A DNA stretch of 64,000 nt, from assembly GCF_051903065.1 (NCBI RefSeq), contig NZ_CP178438.1. One strand, written 5' to 3'. The notes under the pieces were generated by a model that was not told the origin of the DNA, made no database searches, and saw only the letters and a program-made list of their open reading frames with translations. This document shows positions 11,082 through 23,546 of the stretch, one piece after another. This DNA comes from Escherichia coli (lineage in GTDB: Bacteria > Pseudomonadota > Gammaproteobacteria > Enterobacterales > Enterobacteriaceae). Every line of letters begins with the position of its first letter. Within the stretch, counting starts at the first letter, position 1. The translations under genes and the position numbers were made by a program.

Positions 11082-12098
11082 TTAATCGGGATATCCCTGT
11101 GGATGGCGTGACTGCCAGTGCCAGGTGTCCTGCGCCATTTCATCGAGTGTGCGCGTTACGCGCCAGTTCAGTTCACGGTCGGCTTTGCTGGCGTCCGCCC
11201 AGTAGGCCGGAAGGTCGCCCTCGCGACGCGGTGCAAAATGATAATTAACCGGTTTGCCGCAGGCTTTGCTGAAGGCATTAACCACGTCCAGCACGCTGCT
11301 GCCTACGCCAGCACCGAGGTTGTAGATGTGTACGCCTGGCTTGTTCGCCAGTTTTTCCATCGCCACGACGTGACCGTCCGCCAGATCCATTACGTGGATG
11401 TAATCGCGTACGCCAGTACCGTCTTCGGTCGGATAATCGTTACCAAAAATCGCCAGCGAGTCGCGACGGCCTACAGCAACCTGGGCGATGTATGGCATCA
11501 GGTTATTCGGAATGCCTTGCGGATCTTCGCCCATATCGCCCGACGGATGCGCGCCAACCGGGTTGAAGTAGCGCAGCAGGGCAATGCTCCAGTCCGGCTG
11601 GGCTTTTTGCAGATCGGTGAGGATCTGTTCCACCATCAGCTTGCTTTTGCCGTAAGGGCTTTGCGGTGTGCCGGTCGGGAAGCTTTCAACGTATGGAATT
11701 TTGGGCTGATCGCCATAAACGGTGGCGGAGGAGCTAAAAATAAAGTTTTTGACGTTAGCGGCGCGCATGGCGCTAATCAGGCGCAGAGTACCGTTGACAT
11801 TGTTGTCGTAATATTCCAGCGGTTTTTGTACCGATTCGCCAACGGCTTTCAGCCCGGCGAAGTGGATCACGGTGTCGATAGCGTGATCGTGCAGGATCTC
11901 GGTCATCAACGCTTCGTTACGGATATCGCCTTCAACAAACGTTGGATGTTTGCCGCCTAAACGCTCGATAACAGGCAGTACGCTGCGCTTACTGTTACAG
12001 AGGTTATCAAGAATGATGACATCATGACCGTTTTGCAGTAATTGCACACAGGTATGACTTCCAATGTAACCGCTACCACCGGTGACCAGAACTCTCAT
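11082..12098 (-). CDS. galE: UDP-glucose 4-epimerase GalE
   Basis: Start at MRVLVTGGSGYIGSH (338 aa) within the longer track ORF. Confidence 0.95.
   Translation of the reverse strand: MRVLVTGGSGYIGSHTCVQLLQNGHDVIILDNLCNSKRSVLPVIERLGGKHPTFVEGDIRNEALMTEILHDHAIDTVIHFAGLKAVGESVQKPLEYYDNNVNGTLRLISAMRAANVKNFIFSSSATVYGDQPKIPYVESFPTGTPQSPYGKSKLMVEQILTDLQKAQPDWSIALLRYFNPVGAHPSGDMGEDPQGIPNNLMPYIAQVAVGRRDSLAIFGNDYPTEDGTGVRDYIHVMDLADGHVVAMEKLANKPGVHIYNLGAGVGSSVLDVVNAFSKACGKPVNYHFAPRREGDLPAYWADASKADRELNWRVTRTLDEMAQDTWHWQSRHPQGYPD
12064..12079. promoter_or_regulatory. gal internal operator OI (GalR/GalS site)
   Basis: ATGTAACCGCTACCAC, reverse complement of GTGGTAGCGGTTACAT, inside the galE 5' coding region. 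Confidence 0.8.
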
Positions 12099-12099
12099 A

Positions 12100-12176
12100 A
12101 TTCGCTCCATTAGGCTTATGGTATGAAATAACCATAGCATAACAAAGATGCGAAAAGTGTGACATGGAATAAATTA
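12100..12176 (-). promoter_or_regulatory. gal P1/P2 promoter region
   Basis: Interval between galE start codon and OE; AT-rich. Confidence 0.6.
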
Positions 12177-12192
12177 GTGGAATCGTTTACAC
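12177..12192. promoter_or_regulatory. gal external operator OE
   Basis: GTGGAATCGTTTACAC, reverse complement of GTGTAAACGATTCCAC, about 60 bp upstream of the expected P1 start. Confidence 0.8.
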
Positions 12193-12359
12193 AAGAGTTT
12201 AGCCATTTTTTATGTGCGATTAAGTGATTATAAAACAGAGGGTTTATGAATGATTGCGCTTTTTATCTGAAAAAAAGACGCGGTTTCATGCCTGCATGCG
12301 TCGAACCGTTGGCCGGAGAGGGCGCTTAGGCCGCCTCCGGCAAGGTCAGCACTACCGAC

Positions 12360-13832
12360 TCAATATATTTTTGTCAGCACATAGCGATAGAGTCCACCGT
12401 CCGGCACGAACTCAAGACGATGGGTAATACAGGCAGGCGCATCTTCAGCGTGGTGCGAAACAAACAACAATTGCGTTTCACCTTCGCTAATCAGCACATC
12501 AACAAAACGGCGGATAAGCTGGCGATTCAGCGGATCAAGCCCCTGTAGTGGTTCATCGAGAATAAGCAACGTCGGATGTTTCACCAGTGCGCGGACGATC
12601 AGCGCCAGACGCTGCTGTCCCCAGGAAAGACTATGGAAAGGAGCGTCAGCCGTGCGTTTATCAATGCCGAGAATATCCAGCCACTGCTGCACCAGCTTTT
12701 GCTGGCGATCCGAAACGGCCTGATAAATACCAATCGAATCAAAATAGCCAGAAAGAATCACATTACGCACAGTAGTACTGACACGGTAATCCAGATGCAA
12801 ACTACTACTGACGTAACCAATATGTTTCTTGATGTCCCAGATGGTTTCACCGCTGCCGCGACGTCGGCCGAAAAGCGTTAAATCGTTGCTGTATCCCTGC
12901 GGATGATCGCCAGTGATAAGGCTCAATAACGTTGATTTTCCCGCGCCATTTGGCCCGACAATTTGCCAGTGCTCGCCCGGATTCACCCGCCAGCTAAGGT
13001 TATTAAGAATGGGGCGATCATTATAAGAAACCACGCCATTGTTCAGCACAATGCGCGGTTCGTTGGCGGGCAGGGCGTGACGCGCCGAAGGTTCATCTGG
13101 TTCCGGCTGTTGCACGCCATCAAGCCGTTCACTGTGCGCTAGTTGCGCAACGAGTGCCTGCTGGAGTAGTTCCTCTTTAGCGCCAGTTTCCGCTAACGTG
13201 CAATCCGCCAGCACGCCAGCAAACTGGACAAATTCCGGGATCTCATCGAAGCGATTAAGCACCAGTACCAGGGTAATACCGGACTGATGTAACGAGGCGA
13301 GTAATTCTGCCAGTTGCTGACGTGAGGCAACATCCAGACCATCGAACGGTTCATCAAGAATCAATAAGTCAGGCTCCGACATCAGTGCCTGACACAGCAG
13401 GATTTTACGTGTCTCGCCAGTGGAAAGATATTTAAAGCGTCGGTCGAGAAGGGCGGTAATACCGAACTGCTGCGCCAGCTGCATGCAACGCGGTGCATCC
13501 TTAACTTCATCCTGAATGATTTCAGCCGTGGTGCGTCCGGTGTCATCTTCGCCAGGACTAAGCATATCGGTGTTATTGCGCTGCCATTCGTCGCTGACAA
13601 GCTTTTGCAATTGCTCGAAGGAGAGACGAGTGATGTGGGAAAACTGGCTTTGCCGTTCACCTTTCAAAAGCGGAAGTTCTCCCGCCAGCGCGCGGGCCAG
13701 CGCCGACTTGCCACTACCGTTAGAACCGACAAACGCCCAACTATCACCCGCGTTTAACGTTAGCTGAGGCAATTGCAGCGTTTTTGTGTCGCTAAGACGA
13801 AACGTGCCTTGCAAAATTTGCAACGATGACAT
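12360..13832 (-). CDS. modF: ABC-family ATPase ModF (tandem ATP-binding domains)
   Basis: 490 aa from MSSLQILQG; two Walker A motifs (GSNGSGKS, GPNGAGKS). Confidence 0.9.
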   Translation of the reverse strand: MSSLQILQGTFRLSDTKTLQLPQLTLNAGDSWAFVGSNGSGKSALARALAGELPLLKGERQSQFSHITRLSFEQLQKLVSDEWQRNNTDMLSPGEDDTGRTTAEIIQDEVKDAPRCMQLAQQFGITALLDRRFKYLSTGETRKILLCQALMSEPDLLILDEPFDGLDVASRQQLAELLASLHQSGITLVLVLNRFDEIPEFVQFAGVLADCTLAETGAKEELLQQALVAQLAHSERLDGVQQPEPDEPSARHALPANEPRIVLNNGVVSYNDRPILNNLSWRVNPGEHWQIVGPNGAGKSTLLSLITGDHPQGYSNDLTLFGRRRGSGETIWDIKKHIGYVSSSLHLDYRVSTTVRNVILSGYFDSIGIYQAVSDRQQKLVQQWLDILGIDKRTADAPFHSLSWGQQRLALIVRALVKHPTLLILDEPLQGLDPLNRQLIRRFVDVLISEGETQLLFVSHHAEDAPACITHRLEFVPDGGLYRYVLTKIY

Positions 13833-13899
13833 TTTGTATCCCATTTTTTGCAGCGATTAATGACAGGGATACGTGTTTCATAACAAATTGTCAACACGC

Positions 13900-14688
13900 T
13901 TAGCAAAGCGTGGCGATAATCACGCTGTCGGCGTTGAAGTAAGCCTTGACATTCTGCCCTTGTTCAAGAGAAGCTGCTTCATTTACCGGCACCGTGGCGC
14001 ACAAGGTTTGCCCGTCAGGTAACGCCATTAACACTTCGCACTGTTCTGCGCCGCGCTCTATATGGCGAATAATGCCCGGCAATTGGTTGTCGGCACTCTG
14101 GGCTACAGCGTCATCCTGGGTAATGTTCACCCACGGCGCTTTCAGCAGAATCAACACTTCTTTGCCTTCATCCAGCCCCAGACGCGCACCGCTTTGTGCG
14201 GTAATCGCGGCTTTCAGGCGCGTTTTACCGTCTGCCAGTAACACGTCTACATGTTGTTGAACATCATCATTATTACGAGCGGTGATCGTACCGAACCACT
14301 GGTTACGGGCGCTGGTCTGCAGTGAAAAACGTGAGATGGCTGCCAGCAGACTATTGAGTGGCAGGGCGTCGTCATCACTTAATACATCAAAGGCTTTTTG
14401 CTGGATCTGGGCGAGCAGATCGTAAAGCTGAATCAGTCGTTGGCCATAGCGAGTCAGCATCGCGCCGCCGCCGCCTTTTCCGCCTGTTGCGCGCTCAACC
14501 AGCGTATGCTCGCTTAACTGATTCATTTCGTTAATGGCATCCCAGGCGCTTTTATAGCTGATACCGGCATCTTTCGCCCCCTGGCTGATGGAACCGGAAA
14601 GCGCAATATGTTTTAGTAGTGAAATGCGGCGTGGGTCGGCAAAGAGCTTTTGTTGAAGCTTAAGGGTGAGAAGGATTTCGGCCTGCAT
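13900..14688 (-). CDS. modE: Molybdate-responsive transcriptional regulator ModE
   Basis: 262-aa ORF, HTH N-terminus and tandem Mop domains; divergent from modABC. Confidence 0.9.
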   Translation of the reverse strand: MQAEILLTLKLQQKLFADPRRISLLKHIALSGSISQGAKDAGISYKSAWDAINEMNQLSEHTLVERATGGKGGGGAMLTRYGQRLIQLYDLLAQIQQKAFDVLSDDDALPLNSLLAAISRFSLQTSARNQWFGTITARNNDDVQQHVDVLLADGKTRLKAAITAQSGARLGLDEGKEVLILLKAPWVNITQDDAVAQSADNQLPGIIRHIERGAEQCEVLMALPDGQTLCATVPVNEAASLEQGQNVKAYFNADSVIIATLC

Positions 14689-14690
14689 AA

Positions 14691-14966
<276 letters not shown>

Positions 14967-15089
14967 TTCCCTGAATGCCCGCTTTTGCGGGCGTTATCTT
15001 TTTTCTCAACTTCCTGCTTTTCCTGCCGATATTTTTTCTAGCTACCTCTCAAAGGTTAACAATAACTGCTGGGAAAATTCTGAGCTTAC

Positions 15090-15122
15090 CGTTATATTGA
15101 CGCCTACATAACGTTATATAAA
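15090..15122. promoter_or_regulatory. ModE operator in the modA promoter
   Basis: CGTTATATTGACGCCTACATAACGTTATATAAAG with TATAT/TACAT repeats, immediately upstream of modA. Confidence 0.55.
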
Positions 15123-15132
15123 GGGGTTATAA

Positions 15133-15906
15133 ATGGCGCGTAAATGGTTAAATCTGGTTGCCGGAGCGGCACTCTCTTTCACTGTTGCTGGCAATGCACT
15201 GGCGGACGAAGGGAAAATCACGGTTTTTGCGGCAGCATCGCTGACGAACGCAATGCAGGACATTGCTACGCAGTATAAAAAAGAGAAAGGCGTGGGTGTG
15301 GTTTCTTCTTTTGCCTCGTCTTCTACCCTGGCCCGTCAGATTGAAGCGGGTGCGCCTGCGGATCTGTTTATTTCTGCCGATCAGAAATGGATGGATTATG
15401 CGGTTGATAAAAAAGCGATCGATACAGCTACGCGTCAGACACTGCTCGGCAATAGCCTGGTCGTTGTAGCACCGAAAGCCAGCGAGCAGAAAGATTTCAT
15501 CATCGACAGCAAAACTAACTGGACTTCGCTGCTGAATGGCGGTCGTCTGGCTGTTGGCGATCCTGAACATGTTCCTGCTGGCATTTATGCGAAAGAAGCA
15601 CTGCAAAAACTGGGCGCATGGGATACGCTCTCTCCGAAACTGGCCCCAGCGGAAGATGTACGTGGGGCGCTGGCGCTGGTCGAACGTAACGAAGCGCCTC
15701 TGGGCATTGTCTACGGTTCTGACGCAGTTGCCAGCAAAGGGGTAAAAGTAGTCGCCACCTTCCCGGAAGATTCGCATAAAAAAGTGGAATATCCGGTTGC
15801 TGTCGTGGAAGGACATAACAACGCCACGGTGAAAGCATTTTATGATTATTTGAAAGGGCCGCAGGCAGCGGAAATCTTTAAACGTTACGGATTTACAACT
15901 AAGTAA
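15133..15906 (+). CDS. modA: Molybdate ABC transporter periplasmic binding protein ModA
   Basis: 257-aa ORF with signal peptide. Confidence 0.95.
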   Translation: MARKWLNLVAGAALSFTVAGNALADEGKITVFAAASLTNAMQDIATQYKKEKGVGVVSSFASSSTLARQIEAGAPADLFISADQKWMDYAVDKKAIDTATRQTLLGNSLVVVAPKASEQKDFIIDSKTNWTSLLNGGRLAVGDPEHVPAGIYAKEALQKLGAWDTLSPKLAPAEDVRGALALVERNEAPLGIVYGSDAVASKGVKVVATFPEDSHKKVEYPVAVVEGHNNATVKAFYDYLKGPQAAEIFKRYGFTTK

Positions 15907-16595
15907 TGATACTGACCGATCCAGAATGGCAGGCGGTTTTGCTAAGCCTGAAAGTTTCTTCCCTGGCTGTGCTGTTTAGCCTGCCGTTTGGGATCTTTTT
16001 TGCCTGGTTACTGGTGCGTTGCACGTTTCCGGGCAAATCTCTGCTCGACAGCGTACTGCATCTACCGCTGGTGTTACCGCCCGTGGTCGTCGGTTACTTA
16101 TTATTAGTTTCGATGGGGCGGCGCGGATTTATCGGTGAACGTCTGTATGACTGGTTTGGTATAACCTTCGCCTTTAGCTGGCGCGGCGCGGTTCTCGCTG
16201 CCGCCGTCATGTCGTTTCCGCTGATGGTGCGGGCAATTCGTCTGGCGCTGGAAGGGGTTGATGTCAAACTGGAACAGGCCGCAAGAACACTGGGGGCCGG
16301 GCGCTGGCGCGTTTTCTTTACTATCACGTTACCGCTGACCTTACCGGGAATTATTGTTGGTACGGTACTGGCTTTTGCTCGTTCTCTCGGTGAATTTGGC
16401 GCAACCATCACCTTTGTGTCGAACATTCCTGGTGAAACGCGAACCATTCCTTCTGCCATGTATACCCTGATTCAGACCCCCGGCGGGGAAAGTGGCGCAG
16501 CGAGACTGTGCATTATTTCTATTGCGCTGGCGATGATCTCCCTGTTGATTTCAGAATGGCTGGCCAGAATCAGCCGTGAACGGGCGGGGCGCTAA
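15906..16595 (+). CDS. modB: Molybdate ABC transporter permease ModB
   Basis: 229-aa multi-TM ORF; stop/start overlap with modA. Confidence 0.95.
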   Translation: MILTDPEWQAVLLSLKVSSLAVLFSLPFGIFFAWLLVRCTFPGKSLLDSVLHLPLVLPPVVVGYLLLVSMGRRGFIGERLYDWFGITFAFSWRGAVLAAAVMSFPLMVRAIRLALEGVDVKLEQAARTLGAGRWRVFFTITLPLTLPGIIVGTVLAFARSLGEFGATITFVSNIPGETRTIPSAMYTLIQTPGGESGAARLCIISIALAMISLLISEWLARISRERAGR

Positions 16596-16597
16596 TC

Positions 16598-17656
16598 ATG
16601 CTGGAACTGAATTTTTCCCAGACGTTGGGCAACCATTGCCTGACTATTAATGAAACGCTGCCCGCCAATGGCATCACTGCTATCTTTGGCGTCTCCGGTG
16701 CCGGAAAAACTTCGCTGATTAACGCCATCAGTGGACTGACGCGCCCGCAAAAAGGGAGGATTGTCCTCAATGGTCGGGTACTAAATGATGCCGAAAAAGG
16801 TATCTGCCTGACGCCAGAAAAGCGTCGCGTTGGCTATGTTTTTCAGGATGCGCGGCTGTTTCCGCATTACAAAGTGCGTGGCAATCTGCGCTACGGCATG
16901 GCGAAAAGCATGGTCGATCAGTTCGATAAGCTGGTGGCGCTTTTAGGCATTGAACCGTTGCTTGACCGTTTACCAGGCAGCCTGTCCGGAGGCGAAAAAC
17001 AGCGCGTAGCGATTGGGCGGGCTTTGCTGACGGCACCAGAATTGCTGTTGCTGGATGAACCGCTGGCGTCACTGGATATTCCGCGTAAACGCGAACTGTT
17101 GCCTTATCTGCAACGTCTGACGCGGGAAATCAACATCCCGATGTTGTATGTCAGCCATTCGCTGGATGAGATCCTCCATCTGGCAGACAGAGTGATGGTA
17201 CTGGAAAACGGTCAGGTGAAAGCCTTTGGCGCGCTGGAAGAAGTCTGGGGTAGTAGCGTGATGAATCCGTGGCTGCCGAAAGAGCAACAAAGTAGCATTC
17301 TGAAAGTGACGGTACTTGAGCATCATCCGCATTACGCGATGACTGCGCTGGCGCTGGGCGATCAGCATTTGTGGGTCAATAAGCTGGACGAACCGCTGCA
17401 AGCTGCGCTACGTATCCGCATTCAGGCTTCCGATGTTTCTCTGGTTTTACAACCGCCGCAGCAAACCAGCATTCGTAACGTATTGCGGGCAAAAGTTGTT
17501 AATAGTTATGACGACAACGGCCAGGTAGAAGTGGAGCTGGAAGTCGGCGGTAAAACGCTGTGGGCGCGTATCAGCCCGTGGGCCAGGGATGAACTGGCGA
17601 TCAAACCTGGCCTGTGGCTGTACGCGCAAATTAAAAGTGTGTCGATAACCGCCTGA
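16598..17656 (+). CDS. modC: Molybdate ABC transporter ATPase ModC
   Basis: 352-aa ORF with Walker [10 protein letters not shown] and signature LSGGEKQR. Confidence 0.95.
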   Translation: MLELNFSQTLGNHCLTINETLPANGITAIFGVSGAGKTSLINAISGLTRPQKGRIVLNGRVLNDAEKGICLTPEKRRVGYVFQDARLFPHYKVRGNLRYGMAKSMVDQFDKLVALLGIEPLLDRLPGSLSGGEKQRVAIGRALLTAPELLLLDEPLASLDIPRKRELLPYLQRLTREINIPMLYVSHSLDEILHLADRVMVLENGQVKAFGALEEVWGSSVMNPWLPKEQQSSILKVTVLEHHPHYAMTALALGDQHLWVNKLDEPLQAALRIRIQASDVSLVLQPPQQTSIRNVLRAKVVNSYDDNGQVEVELEVGGKTLWARISPWARDELAIKPGLWLYAQIKSVSITA

Positions 17657-18475
17657 TTAAATCAGGTGGCTATAAATGAACTGGGCAATGCTGTCGGTGG
17701 TGTTATCACCAATCACAATGTTGGCGCGCGCTTTTACCGCGTCATCGGCGTTGCCCATCGCCACGCCTGTACCAGCGGCCTCCAGCATACTGATATCATT
17801 AAAGTTATCGCCGAACGCCACGACGTTTTCCATCGACCAGCCTTGCGCCTCAACCCATTTCGTCAAACGTTTACCTTTGCTGTTGCCGCCGCGTGCAATA
17901 TCAACCTGATCGTGCCAGGACCATTCACACTCCAGTCCCAGTTCATGTTCGACATGCTTACCAAAATGCTGCAATTGCGGCAGGTCATCGTGCGTCAGGG
18001 CGAACTTCCATACGGCGTTAACTTGTTGCGCCGTTTCAGCCAGAGAAGCGACTTGTGTGAAAGTCGGACGCTGTTCCGGCGGCAGGGTTTGCGCCCAGTT
18101 AGACGTGCGAATGACATGCCCGGTCGGGTGCTCATAGACCATTGCATCATCCACATACATCAGACCGTGAATGTGGTGTTCATTCAGCATCTCAATGAGT
18201 TGCAGGGCTTTATTAACGGGCATTGGGTCCGCTTCCAGCACGGTTTTTGCATGATAATCATACAAATAGGTGCCATTACAGCAAATAGCAGGTGTATCCA
18301 GCGCCAGCGCCTGATAAAAAGGATGAATAGCGACGTGATGGCGACCTGTGACGATGATTAATTGATAGCCTGCTTCGCGAGCGCGGGCCAGGGCTTCTAT
18401 CGATGAAGGAAGCAGGGTCTTTTTCGGGGTCAATAAGGTGCCGTCTAAGTCGAGAGCAATCACGCGTGTGGTCAT
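17657..18475 (-). CDS. ybhA: HAD-family sugar phosphatase YbhA
   Basis: 272 aa from MTTRVIALDLDGTLL (HAD motif I). Confidence 0.9.
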   Translation of the reverse strand: MTTRVIALDLDGTLLTPKKTLLPSSIEALARAREAGYQLIIVTGRHHVAIHPFYQALALDTPAICCNGTYLYDYHAKTVLEADPMPVNKALQLIEMLNEHHIHGLMYVDDAMVYEHPTGHVIRTSNWAQTLPPEQRPTFTQVASLAETAQQVNAVWKFALTHDDLPQLQHFGKHVEHELGLECEWSWHDQVDIARGGNSKGKRLTKWVEAQGWSMENVVAFGDNFNDISMLEAAGTGVAMGNADDAVKARANIVIGDNTTDSIAQFIYSHLI

Positions 18476-18593
18476 GGCGTATTCCAGATTAAGGTTAAGA
18501 ATTTTCGTCTGCGCGAATGGTACACCGATACCACTATCGGACAAAATTCTGCGTTTTAATTCAGCATTCACCGCCAAAAGCGACTAATTTTAG

Positions 18594-19625
<1,032 letters not shown>

Positions 19626-19665
19626 CCGCTGATTTACCCGGCGCAGCCTCTCCTGCGCCGGTGTA

Positions 19666-20619
19666 TTAACCTATCTCCTGTAACGCATGTCTCTGGCGTT
19701 CGACGATATTGGTCCACAAATTGTCTTTATCGTCAGTCCACAAATTAATCAGCAAGGCAAAAAAGCGTTCAGCTGCCGGAGAAAGCACGGCATCTTTGCG
19801 GCGAATAATCCCCAATGTCCGACGTATAACGGGTTCCACCAGTGGGATACCAATAATCGAAGAATAGGGCGCATGGGGCATTGCCAGACCAGGAAGCGCT
19901 GAAATCCCCAGTCCTGCCTCCACCAGTCCTAATGACGTCGAAAGATGACGCACTTCGTAAAACCAGTCCAGCTTCCAGGGCTTGTCGGCTAGCTGTTGTT
20001 CTATCAACAGTCGGTTGCCGCTGGAGGAGCGTACGCCAATCATTTTGTAACCCACTAACTCCTGCCATTCTACAAGCTGCTTTTTGGCCAATGGATGGTC
20101 ACGCCGACAGGCCAGCACGAACGGCTCGTTGACCAGTGGGCTAAAATCAATGGATGAATTTGTGACGTTGTTCATGTTTATGCCAAAGTCTGATTCGTTA
20201 CATAGCACCGATTCCATGCAATTATTCGTGCCTTGTTCCAGAATCCGCACTTTAATATTGGGATACAGCTCATTAAATTTACCGATTGCCAGCGGTAAAA
20301 AATAAAATACTGCGGTCGGAATACACGCTAACGTCACCATACCACGATGATAAGCATTCATATCACGAATATTAAAAAGCGTTTCATCGAATTTCTTTAT
20401 TAATTCCCGCGCCTCCGGGAGCAACCTTTTTCCTGCTTTTGTTAACGTAACCTTGCGAGTTGTACGCTCAAATAGTTGAATATGTAAATCTTCCTCCATC
20501 TTTTTTATTCTTCGCGTTAATGCAGGTTGCGTAATGTTGAGTAATTTAGCGGCATTGTTAAATGAACTGGACTCTGCCAGTATGACAAATGCCTTCATAC
20601 TTGATAATTCATGCTTCAT
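19666..20619 (-). CDS. ybhD: LysR-family transcriptional regulator YbhD
   Basis: 317 aa from MKHELSSMKAF with N-terminal HTH; divergent from ybhH. Confidence 0.85.
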   Translation of the reverse strand: MKHELSSMKAFVILAESSSFNNAAKLLNITQPALTRRIKKMEEDLHIQLFERTTRKVTLTKAGKRLLPEARELIKKFDETLFNIRDMNAYHRGMVTLACIPTAVFYFLPLAIGKFNELYPNIKVRILEQGTNNCMESVLCNESDFGINMNNVTNSSIDFSPLVNEPFVLACRRDHPLAKKQLVEWQELVGYKMIGVRSSSGNRLLIEQQLADKPWKLDWFYEVRHLSTSLGLVEAGLGISALPGLAMPHAPYSSIIGIPLVEPVIRRTLGIIRRKDAVLSPAAERFFALLINLWTDDKDNLWTNIVERQRHALQEIG

Positions 20620-20802
20620 TATTACTCCGGAAAATGGAAGCGTTGATTTTGGGTGGCTGGCCGTTAAAAATTTTAACTGCATTTAGCCAACTTAAATTAA
20701 TGAAAAAATGTTATTAATCGTTGAGCTAAAGTCATTAGAGATGCTTTGCCCTTAATGTAACCATATCGCAATAAGTTATGTTTTTAAATTGAGGGCATTA
20801 TT

Positions 20803-21855
20803 ATGAAAAAAATACCCTGCGTGATGATGCGAGGTGGAACCTCGAGGGGCGCGTTCCTGTTAGCGGAACATTTACCCGAAGATCAAACGCAGCGCGATAA
20901 AATATTGATGGCAATTATGGGTTCCGGTAACGATCTGGAAATTGACGGTATTGGCGGCGGTAATCCGCTGACCAGTAAAGTCGCCATTATTAGCCGTTCC
21001 AGCGATCCGCGTGCTGATGTCGATTATCTGTTTGCTCAAGTTATCGTCCATGAGCAACGTGTCGATACCACGCCTAACTGCGGCAATATGCTGTCTGGCG
21101 TTGGGGCATTCGCCATTGAAAATGGTTTGATTGCAGCGACTTCGCCAGTTACCCGCGTACGTATCCGCAACGTCAATACGGGTACGTTTATCGAAGCTGA
21201 TGTGCAAACACCAAATGGTGTTGTCGAGTACGAGGGTAGCGCCAGAATTGACGGCGTACCGGGTACTGCCGCACCGGTTGCGCTCACTTTCCTGAATGCC
21301 GCTGGAACGAAAACCGGAAAAGTTTTCCCGACTGATAATCAGATTGATTATTTTGACGATGTCCCGGTGACCTGTATCGATATGGCGATGCCAGTCGTCA
21401 TTATTCCGGCTGAATATCTGGGAAAAACAGGCTATGAATTACCGGCGGAACTGGATGCCGACAAAGCATTATTAGCCCGCATTGAATCTATCCGTCTACA
21501 AGCGGGTAAAGCAATGGGCTTAGGTGATGTCAGTAATATGGTTATCCCTAAACCTGTGCTTATTTCTCCAGCGCAGAAAGGCGGGGCAATTAATGTGCGT
21601 TATTTTATGCCGCATTCTTGCCATCGCGCGTTGGCGATAACCGGTGCTATTGCTATTTCCAGTAGTTGTGCATTGGAAGGCACCGTCACCCGACAAATCA
21701 TCCCTTCTGTAGGATATGGCAATATCAATATTGAACACCCCAGTGGTGCGCTCGACGTTCATTTAAGTAATGAAGGTCAGGATGCCACGACGTTACGCTC
21801 ATCTGTTATTCGGACGACCAGAAAAATATTTTCCGGTGAAGTTTATCTTCCCTGA
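20803..21855 (+). CDS. ybhH: PrpF/AcnD-accessory-like isomerase YbhH
   Basis: 350-aa ORF; position in ybhH-ybhI-ybhJ cluster. Confidence 0.85.
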   Translation: MKKIPCVMMRGGTSRGAFLLAEHLPEDQTQRDKILMAIMGSGNDLEIDGIGGGNPLTSKVAIISRSSDPRADVDYLFAQVIVHEQRVDTTPNCGNMLSGVGAFAIENGLIAATSPVTRVRIRNVNTGTFIEADVQTPNGVVEYEGSARIDGVPGTAAPVALTFLNAAGTKTGKVFPTDNQIDYFDDVPVTCIDMAMPVVIIPAEYLGKTGYELPAELDADKALLARIESIRLQAGKAMGLGDVSNMVIPKPVLISPAQKGGAINVRYFMPHSCHRALAITGAIAISSSCALEGTVTRQIIPSVGYGNINIEHPSGALDVHLSNEGQDATTLRSSVIRTTRKIFSGEVYLP

Positions 21856-21930
21856 AAAGATTCGTTGTCAGGATAAGGACAATCAATAAAGGACTTCTGT
21901 ATGAGTCATACAGAAAGAACAGGATTTTAA

Positions 21931-23364
21931 ATGAATAAGAAATCGTTATGGAAGCTAATTCTGATATTAGCGATCCCATGTATTATTGGCTTTATGCCAG
22001 CTCCGGCAGGATTAAGCGAACTGGCGTGGGTGCTTTTTGGTATTTACCTGGCGGCCATTGTGGGGCTGGTTATCAAGCCTTTCCCGGAACCTGTCGTACT
22101 GTTAATTGCCGTTGCTGCCTCCATGGTGGTGGTCGGTAACTTATCCGACGGTGCGTTTAAAACCACCGCCGTATTAAGCGGTTACTCTTCAGGTACTACC
22201 TGGCTGGTGTTCTCGGCGTTTACCTTAAGCGCCGCATTTGTGACCACCGGTTTAGGTAAACGTATTGCCTATCTGCTGATTGGTAAAATCGGTAACACCA
22301 CGCTGGGTCTGGGTTACGTTACGGTATTCCTCGATCTGGTACTGGCTCCGGCAACACCGTCTAACACCGCGCGTGCGGGCGGCATTGTGTTACCGATCAT
22401 CAACAGCGTGGCGGTGGCTTTGGGGTCCGAACCGGAAAAAAGTCCGCGTCGTGTCGGACATTACCTGATGATGTCCATTTACATGGTCACCAAAACCACC
22501 AGCTATATGTTCTTTACCGCAATGGCGGGGAACATTCTGGCGCTGAAAATGATCAACGACATTCTGCACCTGCAAATTAGCTGGGGTGGATGGGCGCTGG
22601 CCGCCGGATTGCCGGGCATCATTATGCTGCTGGTCACCCCGCTGGTGATTTACACCATGTATCCACCAGAAATTAAGAAGGTGGATAACAAAACCATCGC
22701 TAAAGCGGGCCTTGCCGAACTGGGACCGATGAAAATCCGCGAAAAAATGCTGCTCGGTGTCTTTGTGCTGGCGCTGCTGGGCTGGATTTTCAGTAAGTCT
22801 CTGGGGGTTGATGAATCCACCGTGGCAATCGTTGTTATGGCGACCATGCTGCTGCTGGGTATCGTTACCTGGGAAGACGTGGTTAAAAATAAAGGCGGCT
22901 GGAATACCTTAATCTGGTACGGCGGTATTATCGGCTTAAGCTCCTTATTATCGAAAGTTAAATTTTTCGAATGGTTAGCTGAAGTCTTTAAAAATAACCT
23001 GGCATTTGATGGTCACGGTAACGTTGCTTTCTTCGTTATTATTTTCCTCAGCATCATCGTGCGTTATTTCTTCGCTTCCGGTAGTGCCTATATCGTTGCT
23101 ATGTTACCGGTATTTGCCATGCTGGCGAACGTCTCCGGCGCACCGTTAATGTTAACCGCGCTGGCACTGTTGTTCTCCAACTCCTATGGCGGCATGGTTA
23201 CTCACTATGGCGGCGCGGCAGGTCCGGTCATCTTTGGCGTGGGTTACAACGATATTAAATCCTGGTGGTTGGTCGGTGCGGTACTGACGATATTAACCTT
23301 CCTGGTGCATATCACCCTCGGCGTGTGGTGGTGGAATATGCTGATCGGCTGGAACATGCTGTAA
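21931..23364 (+). CDS. ybhI: DASS-family anion/carboxylate transporter YbhI
   Basis: 477-aa polytopic membrane ORF. Confidence 0.85.
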   Translation: MNKKSLWKLILILAIPCIIGFMPAPAGLSELAWVLFGIYLAAIVGLVIKPFPEPVVLLIAVAASMVVVGNLSDGAFKTTAVLSGYSSGTTWLVFSAFTLSAAFVTTGLGKRIAYLLIGKIGNTTLGLGYVTVFLDLVLAPATPSNTARAGGIVLPIINSVAVALGSEPEKSPRRVGHYLMMSIYMVTKTTSYMFFTAMAGNILALKMINDILHLQISWGGWALAAGLPGIIMLLVTPLVIYTMYPPEIKKVDNKTIAKAGLAELGPMKIREKMLLGVFVLALLGWIFSKSLGVDESTVAIVVMATMLLLGIVTWEDVVKNKGGWNTLIWYGGIIGLSSLLSKVKFFEWLAEVFKNNLAFDGHGNVAFFVIIFLSIIVRYFFASGSAYIVAMLPVFAMLANVSGAPLMLTALALLFSNSYGGMVTHYGGAAGPVIFGVGYNDIKSWWLVGAVLTILTFLVHITLGVWWWNMLIGWNML

Positions 23365-23546
23365 ATATACTCGTCATACTTCAAGTTGCATGTGCTGCGT
23401 CTGCGTTCGCTCACCCCAGTCACTTACTTATGTAAGCTCCTGGGGATTCACTCGCTTGTCGCCTTCCTGCTACTCGAATTATTTAGAGTATATCCATTTA
23501 TTATCTTTCTGCGCACTTCACGGTGCGCAGATATCTGGAGCATTTG

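Noticed and set aside
11118-11960. 280-aa plus-strand ORF inside galE
   Set aside because: Antisense to galE across its full length; typical long shadow frame in GC-rich coding DNA.
15148-15816. 222-aa minus-strand ORF inside modA
   Set aside because: Antisense shadow ORF; modA on the plus strand is strongly supported.
17666-18361. 231-aa plus-strand ORF inside ybhA
   Set aside because: Antisense shadow ORF within ybhA.
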